The notes under the pieces: generated by a model
Databases searched by the model: none
The model's input: the letters and a program-made list of their open reading frames with translations, nothing else
Told to the model about the DNA's origin: nothing
Source of the DNA: the human T2T-CHM13v2.0 reference genome, Homo sapiens
Length of the DNA stretch: 64,000 nt
Assembly (NCBI RefSeq): GCF_009914755.1
Contig: NC_060925.1
Direction: 5' to 3' (one strand)
Position numbers and translations under genes: made by a program
In this document: positions 62,050 to 64,000 of the stretch, in pieces
Numbering within the stretch: position 1 is the stretch's first letter
Layout: every line of letters begins with the position of its first letter

Positions 62050-62448
62050 GGCACAGCCAGGGTGTGCTTGTTTGGCCGGCAGGGCTGAGTGCCTCCCCGA
62101 GGGCCAGGTAGGTGACCGAGGGGTATTTACAGACCCTCCCTCTGGAGGGTCACCTGTCCATCAGCAGCCCTCCAGAGAGGGCAGATTTGATGAAACGAGA
62201 CAAAGTTCTTCTCCCCTCAGCCTTGAAAACGCCCCGCCAGGCTGGACGAGCAGGAAGGTAGAGCGGTTAATATAAATAGATATCGTGATGAAAGAACACG
62301 ATCATCTTAGGGGAAAAGCTCCCAGCTGGAGTCGAAGGAGATCAGGCAGCCGACGATTTCTGGTGAGCAAGAAGCTTGCTGAAATCATTGTTTCCACCAC
62401 GCCGTGTTTAGGAAGCAAATTGTCCTACAGAGAGAGACACTCGCCGGG

Positions 62449-62992
62449 ATGTGTGTGTGTGGTGTGCGTGTCTGTGGTGTGTGTGTGCGTGTGTGTGGTG
62501 TATGTGCATGTGTGTGGTTTGTGTGGTGTGTGTAGTGTGGGTGTGTGTGTGGTGTGGGTGTGAGTGTGTGTGGTTGTGTGTGGGTGTGTGGTGTGGGTGT
62601 GTGTGGTGTATGTGTGCATGTGTGTGGTTGTGTGTGGGTGTGTGGTGTGGGTGTGTGTGTGGTGTTTGTGTGCATGTGTGTGGTTGTGTGCATGTGTGTG
62701 GTGTGGTTGTGGGTGTGGTGTGTGTGTATGTGCATGTGTGTGGTGTGGGTGTGTGTGCGTGTGGGGGGTGTGGTTGTGTGTTTGCATGGGGGGGTGTGGG
62801 GGGTGTGCATGTGTGTGTGCTGTGTGTGCATGTGTGTGATTGTGTGTGTACGAATGTGGTGTGTGGTTGTGTATGTGCATGTGTATGAATGTGTGTGGTT
62901 GTGTGTGTGCGTGTGTGTGGTGTGTGTGCATGTGTATGAATGTGGTGTGTGGTTGTGTGTGCTGTGTGTGTGCATGTGTAGATGTGTGTGTG
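62449..62992. repeat. (TG)n/(GTGTG)n degenerate repeat, ~540 bp
   Basis: Almost exclusively G/T with gcat interruptions. Confidence 0.96.
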
Positions 62993-63847
62993 TTCCTCCC
63001 TTTTTTCTTAGAAAAACAAGAGGCAAAAGACAAGCTGGTGATTCGCTGACAACCGTTCACAGGCCTTTAGGAAAATGGCCGGAACCCCCAGGCCGCTGGG
63101 TCCTGGAGTCTAGCTGGGCCGGCACTGCCCTCTCCTGTTGAGAGAAGATGCTGGCACTCGCCAGCCAGAGCCGGGCACTGCCGCTTCCATCCCAGTCTGA
63201 GGAGGTTCCCAGTAGTAGGATTTTCACTTTTCTCAAGCAGGGAATAGTCCCTCTGCATAGGGCTCCTGCCCGGGGTGACCTCCTATCCATGTCCACCTCC
63301 AGCCATCTCCAAAGGGTAGTTGAGTACTGCCAGGAGCCCCAAAGTCCGGGATCCCCGAGTTGGGGCCTCCTGAGAACCTCAGGAACTGTCTGTGTCAACC
63401 CAGAGGCTGCCTTCTCCGGGGTGCAGGCAGCAGGATCTGGTGCGGAGAGGGGAGGTGGGAGGACACTAGGAACACTGTGAACTTCTAGAGAGCAGGAGGC
63501 ACAGTCTGCGTGGTCAGCGTCCTGCCCCCACCCCTGCTAGAACAGCTGCAAAAGTGAAGACGAAGGCAGGGCGGGCCCTGAGCCAGCTTGCCCTGAATCC
63601 ACTGATGGAGTGGCAGACACCATCACATGCATTCGCTTTCCCCGTGCCCCGCCCTGGAGAGCAGGTTCACCTTCCCCAGGGACTTCTGAAAATCTTGGCT
63701 CCTAAACTAGCAACACCGTGGGGTAGGAGGGTGGAAACAGCAGTGGCAAGCCCATTCTCCAGCAAAGAAGGTGGCGGCACAGCAGGAACTGTACCAACCG
63801 GCCCCCCGATCTGTGCTGGTCACTGGAGGCCAGTCTTGGGTGGGGCG

Positions 63848-63975
63848 CATGCACACACACATATGTTTCCACATGCTCATGTGTGCACACGTGTGCACAC
63901 TCAGACACGCACGCTTGCAGAATACACACACGCCTGCCCAGACACGGACACTTACGCACACAGACACACATGCAC
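63848..63975. repeat. Degenerate (CA)n repeat
   Basis: catgcacacacacatatg... tract. Confidence 0.85.
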
Positions 63976-64000
63976 CTGCCTGTGTATTTGTGTGTACGCA

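Overview
Human (primate, Alu-containing) GC-rich genomic DNA lying entirely inside PRDM16 (MEL1, 1p36.3) on the + strand. It holds the distal ~38 kb of the long intron 3, five coding exons (conventional exons 4-8; all AG/GT-bounded and mutually in phase) and most of intron 8. The exons encode the C-terminal half of the PR/SET domain, the internal Met that starts the PR-less short isoform, and zinc fingers 1-5. The rest is intronic: seven Alus, a near full-length MER20, MIR/L2 relics, an intragenic CpG island (~46.2-47.5 kb), several large minisatellites/simple repeats and short AT-rich motif-dense blocks that look like enhancers. Almost all ORFs in the supplied track are artefacts of GC content or repeats. 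I found no convincing novel protein-coding system. The best hypotheses are regulatory: recurring PBX-HOX/MEIS sites, a ~1 kb 14-mer G4/i-motif VNTR resembling the insulin VNTR, a divergent CTCF-like pair in intron 6, complementary CA/TG tracts bracketing the in-phase exon 6-8 block, and tandem/cryptic acceptors. Exon and residue numbering is recalled, not looked up; motifs were found by eye.
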